Assembly: GCA_047495785.1 (NCBI GenBank)
Contig: JBLDXI010000033.1
Location: 2,604,001-2,668,000 of the forward strand
Length of the DNA: 64,000 nt
Source: Lepidodermella squamata
Taxonomy: Eukaryota > Animalia > Gastrotricha
Reading direction: 5' to 3'
Part shown: one piece after another, positions 12,837 to 25,725 of the stretch
Layout: each line of letters opens with the position of its first letter
Position numbering within the stretch: the stretch's first letter is position 1
Position numbers and translations under genes: made by a program
The notes under the pieces: model-generated
The model's database searches: none
What the model saw: the letters and a program-made list of their open reading frames with translations, nothing else
Told to the model about the DNA's origin: nothing

Positions 12837-14240
12837 AGAACAGTGGGCTATTACAGCTGGTTATAAATTTCTGGTCACACTATTATAGAGACACATTTTT
12901 GTTACATTTGTTGTCGATTTCACTGCTGCATCGACTGATTTTTCTACCCCATTTTTTTCCCGAAATAATGATAAATATTTGCAACGTGTAATAATGATCT
13001 TGAACATCTTAGCGTGTTTTTGAGCATCGACTGCGACGGTGTTTTAATTTTGTCACTTTTCTTCTCGAACAAATTTGTATCAAATTATATCTTAGCAAAA
13101 ATCGAAATGATTTATACGTGCAGATTTGTAGTTATTACTGTTATCATCATTATTATTATCATTGTAATACTGCGAAGGTACCTTATCGGAAAATCTAATC
13201 AGTTCGTGGAATTTCGTTGAGCATGCCCGACATCACGCTATATTATAATTTGTTATAAAAATGTACGGCTGCTTTTTTTGCGGCAGTCGAACCGAAAAAT
13301 GCTCCCGCGTGTCGCTCGAATTTTGCGCGGTGTTTTGATATACTTTGTAAATTATCATGCTAAAATGGCGAGTACTGCTTTTTCACTGCTGTTGATGATG
13401 ATGATGATGATCATTATGATTATATGATAATAACGTTCTTATGTGAAAATTATCCGCAATTCCCTGCAAATTCGTTTCGATGGAATTCGATCACCGTGTT
13501 GTTGCTGTTTTTCATAAAAAATAATGTAATTGCTTTATTTCAAGGCTGCCATTTCCTATCCGCATCAACGAATTTTAAACACCCAATTTTCAGGCATGAG
13601 AAATTTATCGAACTTTTCGTTTCATATGACAATGTGTCGCGTTAATTCTATTAAATATTATTTCCTCATATTTCCTCTATATTTTTCGGACTGTGCACAG
13701 GTTTGCTAATTTCTCAATTTATCCAGCCCAATAAGAGATATACCCATCGCTCTCTCACTCTATATTTAATTTCATTTCGCTGCGACGCGTGAGTTATCGA
13801 TAAAACGTGAAGGGTGAACGTGATTAATGCGAGCATACTTGAGAATAATCATGATGAAAATTATGACAAAATACTTTCCAGATCCTCTAATTTCCTAGCT
13901 TTGCTATAAGCCGATGCGCTGAATTATAATGTCAAATCGTCATCCATGTGAAGATAGAGATCAAATGCGAAATGTTGAGGCTTATCGAAATTTGGCTTCG
14001 CTGATGTTTTTGGCCGTGACTGCATTGCTAAAACTTACTACGATAACTACCTATATTAATTATCATAACTTATCATTATTTGATGATAAACGCGAATTTG
14101 CTGTTTTTTAAATGAATAAAATGATACGGCGTTGAAAATACATGCTTTTGAGTTTATGCAAGTCCACGTCGAGTAAACTTGTGGCTAAGATGAATTTATT
14201 AACGGATAAGGCAATCACCAGAACGGTGGCAGGCATCATC

Positions 14241-17200
14241 TCAAAGCTTTTGAACTAGAGTCCCATCTATAATTATCCTGCTATTCGGCATGGACTCGTC
14301 GATTTCCAAGTCTAAATTAAGAGCCGTATCGGCGGTTCGTTGTCGACGAGCTTCTTCGTTTCGCGCGATCTCGCTATGCCATTCATTGAGTTCAATTGCT
14401 TCGTTGTAAAAGCTGTTCGTAACCGGAACCGGTTCATTTGTTTCACTTTCGAAGTTATCCCGTCTAGATGTAGAAGCTTGGGTAACCTTAACCGGTACTA
14501 ATTCTTCGGATCGAAACTTTTCCAGATGCACAGCTTCCTTGCGAAACTGATCCAGATAAGGTCCCCATTTCTTGTCTGGAAGAACCATTGATTTCAACCG
14601 CTGGAAATTTGAAATTTTTCGCTATAAACGAAGAATAAATTGCCTTAATGTCACCTGGATGAGGCCTCCTTTCCCTGTCACCATAAACCAAACGACTAAG
14701 GAAAATTCGGACCTTTAGTTCAAAACTCAAGTCATTAATTCAAAAAATATACCCGATAGCGGCATCCAAATCGCTGTTCAAAATAAATTTATCAGACAAA
14801 TTCTAGTTATAGTGGGCAGAACGTTTACCTACAAACCACGTCAAAACCCAACCTAGGCCCTCCTCACTGCTATTTCCACGAGGTTCATAGCGAATCCAGA
14901 TGAACAACATGATGAACTAATGAAGACAAAATAATTTTATCGCAAATATTTTTAACAGTATGTTGAAACCGTCAGAATGCCAGGGGTTACGAATCCCCAA
15001 AATATGACAGCAAAAACATGGAGCGGCCTAGTGGGTATCCAAGCCATCATAGTTTGCAAATCTTTCGTAAAATTCTTGAAGCCGTACACCCAGCAAATTG
15101 TTGTGGTTTCCAACACACCCATGAGCAGTACCGCCCAAGTTGCACAATAATCATCGAAAATGGATAGGAGCTTAGGACCCCCCTCGCAAACGAAGGGTAG
15201 ACCGAGAAGGAAGCAACAGCAGCAAAATATCGCAAAAGTTATCGATTTCGTTCTGAAATCCCTTCTCAGTTGTGGGAAGCAGTCCAGCAACGCAGTGAAC
15301 ACCGTTTCAGACATGTTGAACTATTAGGGAAGGTAACAAGCAAATCGAGAATTGAGTTAGGTGAAAAGTTAACCTCCGAGTCTAGTCCGAGGCAAATGCA
15401 CATGAAAAAGAATATGATGGAAAAAGCGACTGAGCCTGGCAGTTGCCCCATCACTTTCGGATAGACAATAAACGCCAGTCCAGTGCCAGCTTCAACGACG
15501 TCTTTCACAGGCCGATCAAGAATGTAAGCCCCATAACCAATGACGGAAAATATCGCAAACGATGCGATGAATGAGGTGAAAGAGTCGGCGAAAACGACGA
15601 TGAGAGCATCTCTGAATACATTGCTAAGTTTTGGGAAATCAATACCGTAATACATTTTCAATTTATAGGGTGAATTGCGAACTTTTTGAATCGGTTGTAC
15701 GAAGCTAAGGTGACCATGCCACCCCAGCAAGCGGACAAGGAGTAGAACAATTGACCAGCCGCAGCGTACCAAACTTCAGGTTGCTTGATCCTCTCGAAGT
15801 CAGGGGTTAGGAAATACATGATTCCGTCGTACGCTCCAGGCAACGTTGCTCCTCGCACAATAAAAATGAGCAACCTTGAAAAAGCCGTTTTCATTTTCGG
15901 ATGATACGGAACTTGAAATGCTTACACAGCATAAGGTGCCAAACAGGTGAAATAAACTATCTTTGGAAGTAAAGGTGTTTGTTACAGATCTTCGTCTCTA
16001 ACATGAGAAGGAATCGAACCTTTCCACTGGATTTGATGCCATTCATCAGGCATAAAAAGACCAGTACCCATATAAACGCCATGCACAGAACCAAGGGCCA
16101 GCGTGGTGTCCCAAAATTTTCCAAGCCGTATGGCTCAACATCACCAAGAGCGTAATTGCTATGAAACGAGAATTGTTCATAGTCGTTTAACTGAAGTGGC
16201 GATTCTTACTGGTAAAATTGAGCAGAAGCCAGAAGGGTATTCACACCGTAAACTTTAGTTAGCGTTTCATTCCAAAAGCCGGTTACAGTCGATAAGTTCC
16301 GCGCCGGGACTTGATCAATTGGGATCAAAGCTGAAATAGATGCCGCATTCGCACGCAACCCAATATTCGTCGCGTTGTAGCACAGACCATCGGCACCGCG
16401 CATTTCTTCCCAGGAATTGGTACAATTTACCTTAGGCATTTCGCACCGGTAGTCAGCCCATGAAGAATAGTCGCAATTTTCCCAAGGCAGCTGACTTGTG
16501 AACGAAAGAAACCTACGAAGCATTGGTCTTAGCATGAGAAAATGGGTTCACTTTCGAAACAGACATGTAATACGCCGACCACGCTGAAAAAATTAACATA
16601 ACGGAAGATAAATAGGTGGAAGGAGAATTTACTGATTATGACATCGTAGTAAATTACAGTCAGGAAAGAGACAGCTACCATTGAACAGCCCACACCGACC
16701 ATAACAGGAGAGTATTTCCAACAATGAAGAGGCCCTTGAGACGTATATTGACCCAAACTTTGCTCTAGGATGATTCCAGAATTCAATGCAATTAACCTAA
16801 AAATGATTGATCGACATACCCAAGACAATAATAGGAAAGCCAACAGTAGCGCTCAATATCCAGTAAATGACCAGAAAAGCCCCTCCACCTTAATGAAAAG
16901 ATGTTTTAACGGGAAATAATGAGATCTTGTCGAAACTTTTACCATTCCTGTAACATATGTATGGAAACCTCCACACATTGCCGAGTCCAACAGCAAACTG
17001 AAGAGAGGCACATGGAATCGCTGGTTTCAGAGTCGTTTAATGGGTTTAAAGCTTTACTCACGCCTATGCAACTGATGATAAATTCAGCTGGATGAGCCCA
17101 ATTTCCGCGTTCCTCATTTTCATCACCCTCATGCGGTTTCTTCACATGTTCACCGGTGGTCTCCTTGCCCAGCTCGATTTCAGATGCCTTTCCAATTGCA

Positions 17201-17406
17201 GAGTCAACTTGTTTGCCAGCGACTGAGATATCACTGATGCTCGAGTTACTATCAATTTGCCGACCCATTTCCACTGTAGGTGCTGGTTTCAAGAAGCTAG
17301 GCACTAACGGGCTCTGCCTGGCAGCGCTTCGAATGCTATCGAGATGGTCTCGAACGCGTGTTTTGCCTCGTTGTAAATAGCCGCGAATTTCATAGTATTT
17401 ATCCAT
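14241..17406 (-). CDS. SLC6/NSS Na+/Cl--dependent amino-acid transporter, GlyT2/ATB0,+-like (copy 1, multi-exon)
   Basis: ERGNW, CIG|[49 protein letters not shown] and WGP motifs across short-intron exons. Gly (not Asp) in TM1 argues for an amino-acid rather than monoamine substrate. Confidence 0.9.
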
Positions 17407-17569
17407 TCCGGCTTCGTTGCTTTTGGCTTCACGATTTCTTGACTGATGGATGACCGTGGAGTTGCGAAGTTGCTTGAAAGATGCTAAAGATAGTAACAGG
17501 CTCTCGTATCGCTGAATGGTCTCTATTCGACTTCCGTTTCGAGTTGTTCTTCGGCAGCTTACCTACGAA

Positions 17570-17596
17570 CATCTGTTTTAATGGTTGAATTTCCCA
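17570..17596 (+). promoter_or_regulatory. Candidate PTF1-type composite site (E-box CATCTG + 14 nt + TC-box TTTCCCA) upstream of SLC6 copy 1
   Basis: CATCTG at 17570-17575 and TTTCCCA at 17590-17596, a two-helical-turn spacing, ~165-190 nt 5' of the ATG at 17406. Confidence 0.3.
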
Positions 17597-18217
17597 AACG
17601 AAAGAATTTGAAGAGTAAGAAGTTTCATAGATCAAGGGAAAACAGTCGCGAGTGGTGATGGTACACCATTGATCGCTGAAATTTAGGTTTTAAATGTATC
17701 ACAATTAAGCGGTAGTGTACTCAAAGTTTCAATTGACAGCTAACCACCGCCCTTGATCCACTGTTCTGGTAATTTTAATTATTTATTTTTAATTTATTCT
17801 GCATCCTACGACGCACGCTATGACAAAATGACACCAAGTGGTGAAAATATACCCTCGATTTATTATGCTTCGTACCGAATGAGTTTTGTATACGTTCGAT
17901 TTCGGTAGAAACGTAGCATTTTAGACGTATTCACAATTCAGATCAAAAATTAACTTCCAGCAATTAGCCAACAGTTACAACATTAATAGCAGAAAGTGAA
18001 AAATAATTTGGCATGCTTTAATAGAAAATTTCTATGGCAACTTTCCATTATAGCTACGAAATATTATGTACAACAATGCATCAGATCGTTCAATCTCAGG
18101 CGGTAGTCCGGCCAGGAATTTTACAAGGGTTAAAGAGTTTTATTTTTTATTGGAAATATAAAGTTATAAAGACTTTCGATTGCAGATATGTATGCAGACG
18201 CTGTAATACCGGGCTTC

Positions 18218-19606
18218 TCAGTCTGCCGATTCGATTTTTTCAAGGTGCCAAGTTTTGCAGCGAAGTCTGGCCTCGCCGTATTGCTGAGGTTTGGAACTGT
18301 TGCCGATGACTTCTTCATCGGCTTCGTTGATGTTGGGCGGAGGTGACAAGCGACCAATCGAACAGCGACCTGCATCGGTAACTCGCCAAGAAACTCGATG
18401 GCACGTTTTCGAAATGGGATTGGTGATGACTATGCTCTGGGGCACTTGTTGCTGGCGAGCACGAGCTCCGAGAGCAGACGAGCCACCATTAGATGTAATT
18501 CCAGCTTTGCCAGAGCCGCCTCTAGCGATTAGCGTGTCACTCAACAGTTTGATGTATCGGATGGCTCCTCGAAGGACAGTCAGTTTTGATTTCTTGTTTT
18601 CAGAGAACAAATCTTGTGGCACGTGGCTTCGCAGCTTTCTGAAAATTAAAAAATGTTAATTATTGAATGAAATAAACTGGGAGAATTAGTCATTTTATCT
18701 GCATGAAACAGTCTAATTTTCGAGGCTCGTAAACAATAAACGATTAGGGTTAGCTTCTATATCTCTCAGCTGCCATTTTCCCATTAGGCAAAATATCAAG
18801 GGTCGGGCTAAAATTCACTAGTCCATCGTGGACAAATTAATTAACTAGATTGAAGCATACCCGAAAGCCTCATTGAGCATGCGCATTCTCCTCCTTTCGC
18901 GATTGTTAGCCAGCTGCCGGGCATTGCCATCGCCCGAGTCCGATCGGGTGTCTTCGTCGATGGGACCAGAGAACGGCCGCTGGTGCTGCAAACTGCCAGC
19001 TGACGACCGCCGTCGGCCGTGTTGACTCGCTGGTCGTTGCGACGGCGGTCCAAACAGCGTCCATGTGTCTTCACCAGGCGCCGGCGGCCGCTCTAGCCAC
19101 GCCGGTGAAATCGGAATCGGCGGCTGGAAGGCGCTCGTGGCGCCGCCAGCGCCGCCGCTGAATAGTAGCGATGGTGATGACGTCAAATACTGGTTGGTGT
19201 TTCGAGGGTTGAAAAATTGCTGATACGGCTGACTCGGCGCAAACAGGTTGGCGAAATCGCTGCTATAGCTGGAGTGGTGAGGACCCTAATTCAACAACCG
19301 AATAATATAACACCGCTTCGATGCAATTTGAATGCGCTCCTTAGATAAGCCGCCTACTAGCTAATAAAAACTCACCTGCGCAGCCGGATGTTTCGCGTTG
19401 GAATGCTGATGCTGATAGGGCAGGTGGTTCTCACTAGGCTGCCACGGCGCGGTGGAAAGAGAGAAATATTCGGCGCCGATTGGCCGTGACGGCAATGTGT
19501 GTACGCCTGGCAGGTAAGTGGCAGAGTTCGGTGGACACATGGCTAGATAGTCATCGATCGAGGCAGCATCGCCCGTCGTTTGAAACCCAAAAAGCATGTC
19601 TTCCAT
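18218..19606 (-). CDS. PTF1A: Group A bHLH transcription factor, PTF1a/Fer1-like (3 exons)
   Basis: Spliced bHLH RQLANNRERRRMRMLNEAFG|KLRSHVP...SKLTVLRGAIRYIKLLSDTL. C-terminal HRVSW and CKTWHLE lie in the same order as the PTF1a C1 (HSLSW) and C2 (AKVWTPED) motifs. Helix 2 also resembles FIGLA, so orthology is not certain. Confidence 0.62.
18767..18783 (+). promoter_or_regulatory. Candidate PTF1 composite site CAGCTG-N4-TTTCCCA in intron 2 of the PTF1a-like gene
   Basis: The sequence cagctg ccat tttccca is directly visible and has the one-turn E-box/TC-box geometry. Confidence 0.4.
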
Positions 19607-20657
19607 CGTGAAAGCACGTGAATCCAGCCTGGTAGTTTTTGCGGCGACTACTTGAGCATCAGACCGGTATTTAGCGGCGTCGATTGACCTTCCGCTCAAG
19701 TTTGGGCACGTCCAATCGCCGTCAATATCGGCGCGGGTGGTTATCTCCAGTAGTTGCGTTTGTTAATTACTCACGAGTAAGCTAATAAAGAGTGCACATC
19801 GAGACAAAGTCGATTAGCTGTTGACTGGCACTGTCGGTCTTATCTCTCGTGACACCTACCTGAAGGCGGCGACGCTCGCTCGTTTGGCGCCTCGCCGTAT
19901 TTGCGGTTCAGTCGCGACGTAGCGCGGCGCCTGCTCCACCGAATCAGGCCGATTCATTCGCGGTGCTGGCGCTGTGTTATCGAGCAGCACGACTGCTGCC
20001 GTTCCCATCCGATATTACCAAGGATACCGGCTATAACTAGCGGGTCCCCGCTCTTATCTTTCAACAACTTCTAGCCAAGCGAAGGCGGCTTCTAGTACCA
20101 ATTAAGCACTCCTTAATGATGTGTCAAGTGACCATGTTATTAGAAATATAAGGGAAATAATACACTAATAATATTATGATGAAAACACCGCGGCTTTACG
20201 CAACCCAATCAACGGAATATTATAACCTACAACACTGCCGCATAGTTAAAAATGACAATAAGTTGAAAAACGTTAATTTTTATTATAAAATCTGGCTTCA
20301 TTTAATAAATTTTCGATAAAATCGTTGGCGAAGTTTTTTCGGGTCATGTGTGCCATGCACGATTTCTTGAAAACAAAGAAGAGATAACAACGTCATGAAA
20401 GCGAGTTGAGCAGCTTATCATCATTTGCATGATCATTTATACACAATAATATATTAAGAAACAATGTGCAAAGTATAATGTTTAAAAACGTCTTTCCGCT
20501 ATTTTGTAGAAAAGAGTAAAATTCACATACATATATTTTAAACATATAGAGCGATTTCTTCGCAGTTGACATGGTACAGCGGTGTGTTCAAGAGAGCATA
20601 CTCTCCAACTGAATTCGAACTTTACAAGAGATGACTTGGTTGGGATATTCAGCGCAT

Positions 20658-23600
20658 CTACAAAGCATCGCTGCTTTTACGCTGATGCTTCTCAAGGTAG
20701 GCAGCTTTCGCAGAGTCGGCGAAGGTGCGTTGAAGTTCGATGTCACTCGACTCGGCGTAGCCAATGCTGCTCGGAACCCGGTAGCTTACGTTTTCACCGT
20801 TACTAGCCGCCGAAACCCGCCTGTGTTTAATAAAATATATTAAAACAAGAAACGAAAAAGTAAACCCAAGAAATAGAGAATTAAAGAAACTCGCCTGCTC
20901 GCCAACCTGCTCGGAACATCTTCGTCTATGATGCATGCCAGAGAGTTATCGACCTCAGCCTTGATCGCTTCACCATGAATCGCAGCAACTTCGCGCTTGT
21001 GTTCTTCGAGGAACGGGCCCCAATGTCGAGAAGGAGAAATTGCGCTTCGGAAGCCGGCTCGGAAACTGCCGAGGCGACGCGTTTCTTGGACCAGCACCCA
21101 AATCGCCATAATAGGCACCCACATGATCACAAATATGGTAACGCACCAGCCGAGGACTTCCTCTCCAATCAACTCTCGCCTTTGGTAACGAGTCCACGAG
21201 TAGATTAGGATGAACTAAATTAGGAAAAATAATAGAGGTAAAAATCTCAGTTGGTTATTCGGGCTGTTCACCGTGAGCATGAATGGAGAGACGATGCCCC
21301 AATAAATCCGCATAACCCAGGGTACGACCTTTGATCGAATTTCGCCCTTCATCAACCACGGCATCATAGCTGAAATGTCTTTGGCGAATCGTGGTGTGCC
21401 GTAGATCCAGGCAATTGACAACGTCTCTACAATTCCGATCAGGAAAACTGGCCAGCCTGCGCCGTAGTCGTCAACCAGTTCAAGCAACTGCATTCCACCC
21501 TAGATTAAGAAAATTTACCAATCAATACGTTAAGGTAATCGCTCCATTTCAAACTAACCGGACACACGAGAGGAAGGCCGAGCAAAAAGAACGGAATACA
21601 AAACAGACCGAAAGAAAGGGCTTTCTTCTTCAAGCTACTGCGAAGGTTGGGAAACTGGTCCAGAAGGGCTGAAAATAATTGATAAGAGAAATACATTATT
21701 GGCAGATAACTTACCCGTGAAAATTGTTTCGAGAGAATTAAATTCAGAATCAAGACCCAATAGAAGAAGCATGAAGAAGAACAAAATTCCAAACGCAACG
21801 GACCCAGGTAAGCTGTCAATAATCTATAGACAAATTCGATCAATTGCAATGAAATTTCGCCGAAAGTCTTTTACCTTGGGATAAAGGATAAAGGCCAAAC
21901 CAGTTCCAGCATCGGCTACTTCATCTATCGGCTTTTGAAGCATGTAAGAGCCATAGCCAATTACGGAGAAGATGGCGAAAGACGCAATAAATGATGTCAG
22001 CGTATCAGCAGCTGAGATAATTACAAGTTTAATAGCTCGATTAAGCTCGATTAGTATACTCATTACATACCAGTTACGATGATCGCATCTCGAAGGGTGT
22101 TGGTATGGAATTTATTATAAGAGCTGGAGAGATGAAGAGCAAAATCAGTCAGGTTAAACGTTGTTAAAAGTTTTTACGAACCTCAGAGCCATCATCCCGC
22201 CCCAACAGGCCGATAGCGAGAAAAAGAGCTGCGAAGCTGCGGCATACCAAACGTTGGGGTCCTTGATTTTTTCAAACTATCACATAATATACATTAAAGA
22301 TTCGTCAGCCGAAACGTAGGTCTAAAATGATTGCTTACATCCGGAGTCAAGAAGTACATTATCCCATCTCTTGCGCCAGGTAAAGTCACCCCTTTACCGA
22401 TTAAAATGGCAAGAACCTGTGATCAATGGCGGTCAATCTCGAAAGGATGCTTCTAAATTATTCACTTACGACGTAGGGGAACACAGCTGTGAAGTACACG
22501 ACTTTACCACTAGATTTGATACCGTTCAAGACTGTAATAACGGAGAAGTCACAGATAATAGATAATGCAAATAAAAATCACGAAAAACTCACGCGCAAGG
22601 AAAACCATAATCCAAGCCAGTAATAAGCACAAAGCTAGCCAAGTTTGTGGTGTGCCAAGTGCAATTGCCGAAAATCCCGACCCTATCTTTCCGCTTTGCC
22701 CCAATACTTTCCGGCTATTTTGAGGAGAAACTGATGATGCTCATTGAATCGTAAAAATATTCGCCAACTCACAAGAAAAATTGCTCTGTTGAGAATTGCG
22801 GCGCGCGGTTGTATTGGGTGGCGAGATCTTCATCCCAGCAACCGATGACGGTGGTTTGGTTACGAGGCAACTCATCAACTGCGTAGTAGCACTGAACAAC
22901 AGCGTTCGGAATCGTAGAGTTCTTCGCTTTACAGAACGTTGAGATAAGTTGAGGTGGCTGTTGACGAGCGTTAAACCATGGCTCAAGTGTGTAGCACAGC
23001 CCGTCTGTTGCTGGGAACTGGTTCGGGCCAAAGCAGGCAACACGCGGCAATTCGCAACGATAATCAGCCCAGTCCGAGTAATCGCACTTGGTCCACAGAA
23101 GCTCCGAGCGGAACGACGCGAATAAATAGTACAGCGCCCAAGAAATGATAACGTTGTAGTAGATTGCACCTATTGAGCTGATCGCGCACATCGAATAGCC
23201 GAGTCCTTTCACGATAGGCGCGAATTGCCACACACCGGTAGGTCCTTGACTCGTGAACTGACCAATGGAAAGCTCGAGAAAAATTATCGGAAATCCAACC
23301 TGAGAAATAATAAGCGATCAATTTTGTTGTAGTTGAGATGAGCAGTCATACCGTAATTGATAGAATCCAGTATATTAGCAAAAAGCTACCACCGCCATTT
23401 TTGTAGCACTAATTTTTCGCAAAAGAATTATGAAAAGGTAAGGAGATGTTATACTTTTTTTACCAAATATGGGAACCGCCATACATTGCCGAGGCCAACG
23501 GCGTATCCTATGCAGCTTAAAATGAAATCGACGTGCGAACTCCAATTTCCTCGTTCCTCGTTCTCATCGCCTGCATGAGCTCCGCCTTTCTTTTCCTTTG

Positions 23601-24025
23601 CTTCCTCCGTTGCCTTGATGCTGGTGTCAGGTTCATCCTCGTCGCTCTGAAGGAGATCGGTGCTGCTGTTTTTGTCCCGGAGTATCAGGACAGGCTCGGA
23701 AAAATTGACAGGATTAGTTGCCCCATCCCCTCTAGTATCATAAGTCGGATTCTATAATAAAATATTTAAATTAATTGCTGTCTTCAAGAAATCCTAAGAA
23801 AGCAGGATGTTAAGAAATTCGCCTTACGTTAAAACTTTGCTGGTTAAGACTGTATGGCCGTGATGCCGCACTTGATGATCGACTCGCAGCTGGATCATGC
23901 GAAACGAGAGGCGGCAATACGAAGACGCCATTGGTTGTCACCGACGATCGGCGAGATGAGCCAATAGAATCGGCCTGATAGCTCCGAGCTCCCGCGATCT
24001 CCACGGGCTTGGGCTTGGGATCCAT
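20658..24025 (-). CDS. SLC6/NSS amino-acid transporter, GlyT2/ATB0,+-like (copy 2)
   Basis: [58 protein letters not shown] and WGPF motifs. The last intron is probably GC-AG (20821-20894). Confidence 0.9.
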
Positions 24026-25114
24026 ATGGAACCGCTCTATAATATCAAATTGACCCTAATAAAAAGCAGAGTAAGGTATATATAATGACCGTTCGTCTCG
24101 TCGTAGAAATTATCGTATTAGAAATAGAAATAAGAAATTGAATTCTCTGAGACGTCATTCACGTGCGGCAGGTGAGGGTATCCATCATTGAAACATCGTG
24201 CCACAACCCTAATGTTCCATAGTGGTATGATATTTTTTTACGCATTACATTAGTGTGCGGTAGCTAAATAATACTTATTATGCTTTCAACCAAGCCCATA
24301 GGCACGTGTAAGCCATGGCATGAAAGTATAATACAAACAAAGTGTTTGCCAACAAATAGCTGCTATAGGTAATTCGCTTCGGCCAATATCTTAATTTCCG
24401 AACTGAAATACAAATTTGAGATTCTCGAATGAAGGTGACAAATAATATGGTGGTAATTTACAGCCGAATGGTACATCTCTGAACAAAAAGCAGACTTCAA
24501 AGAGGGCACGCGACTCGGGCATGGCATCAGCCTTCTGCTGAAGGCACCATATTTCCGCAGAGAGAACGCGCGATTCAAAGATAAACATTTTAAAACCGAC
24601 TTGATTTTACTTGATTAATTTGTAATCTTCCTATAATGTATTGAATGATGAACAAAACCATGGCAAAAATCAATACTGCTCAGCCAAATTTACCGAACGC
24701 GGCCGAAACAGAGCGGGATAGGAAATAACGTCTGTGAGATGTCTACACTTTATGATAGAATTTTCATGGCTCAGTCGAGCATGTATATGCAATTCTAGCA
24801 CACTGGTATATTAAATAGTGAGCCAAAGAGGTAAACTCGGGCCACCCGGATGTAAAGTATGCTACTCCGTGCTATATCAAGTATAAGGACCACACGTTGT
24901 TTTTATGCGGGAGTTATTTTTCGCGCTTGACCAGTGCGTGCATTAATGCACTTCCTATTACCATTCTGGAAACTGCCACCTCAACATCACTATTTTTGCT
25001 GTTGAACTAGTTAGCATATGACATGTTGGTCATTTCCCTGCGATCGAGAAATTGCCAATAACGCGATTTTATTATTTAAAATCTGCCAATAATCGAAAGG
25101 AACAAATGGAGCAT

Positions 25115-25501
25115 TCATTTGTACAAACATTCATTCGCCGCGTGTTTCATCAAATAGTCTGCATTTATGAAGTCAAAGTGGCAAAACGAGCACATGTACA
25201 TCTTCTTGCCCAAGTGATCGGATTGGTCATCCAAATAGCTAACAGCATCAGTGTAAATATGCCCGCAATCACGGCACGGAAAATAACCTTTAACTCGGCT
25301 CTTCAGGTCAATCGAACTTGGCCGCGCCGAAATTTTCGCCTTCTTCGCTGGTGTTCCTACCAAACTTTCTTCCGACGATGACGAAAGCTCAATAACCCGA
25401 GAATCATTCTTAGATGCTGGTATCTTAGCTGCATTGCTCAACTGCGCTTCTTTTCCCGAGGTTGGGATTTGATTTGACACCTTTGAAGACGACGAAGCCA
25501 T
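25115..25501 (-). CDS. Small nuclear protein with two atypical C2H2-type zinc fingers
   Basis: ATG 25501 follows acceptor tccag. Motifs: VIELSSSSEE, PAKKAK, FPCRDCG...LDDQSDH (first His replaced by Asp), linker HLGKKMY, and CSFC...LMKHAANEC (C2HC). Confidence 0.6.
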   Translation of the reverse strand: MASSSSKVSNQIPTSGKEAQLSNAAKIPASKNDSRVIELSSSSEESLVGTPAKKAKISARPSSIDLKSRVKGYFPCRDCGHIYTDAVSYLDDQSDHLGKKMYMCSFCHFDFINADYLMKHAANECLYK

Positions 25502-25725
25502 TAAAACCTGGACAAAATCTGACCTCAATCTAAAATTAAAACCAGATTTCTTGAGAATTGATAGCAAGCAACTAAAATTTATTTGTAAACTGAAGCTTCA
25601 AACACTGCGGGTAGTCCCTTCAAATAATAATTATTTTCACCGGATCAATTGCAAGACGCAAGACAGTGATGTGCACCGGGAAATTATTTCGGCAATACGT
25701 GCGCGACATTAGCGCACACCATACC

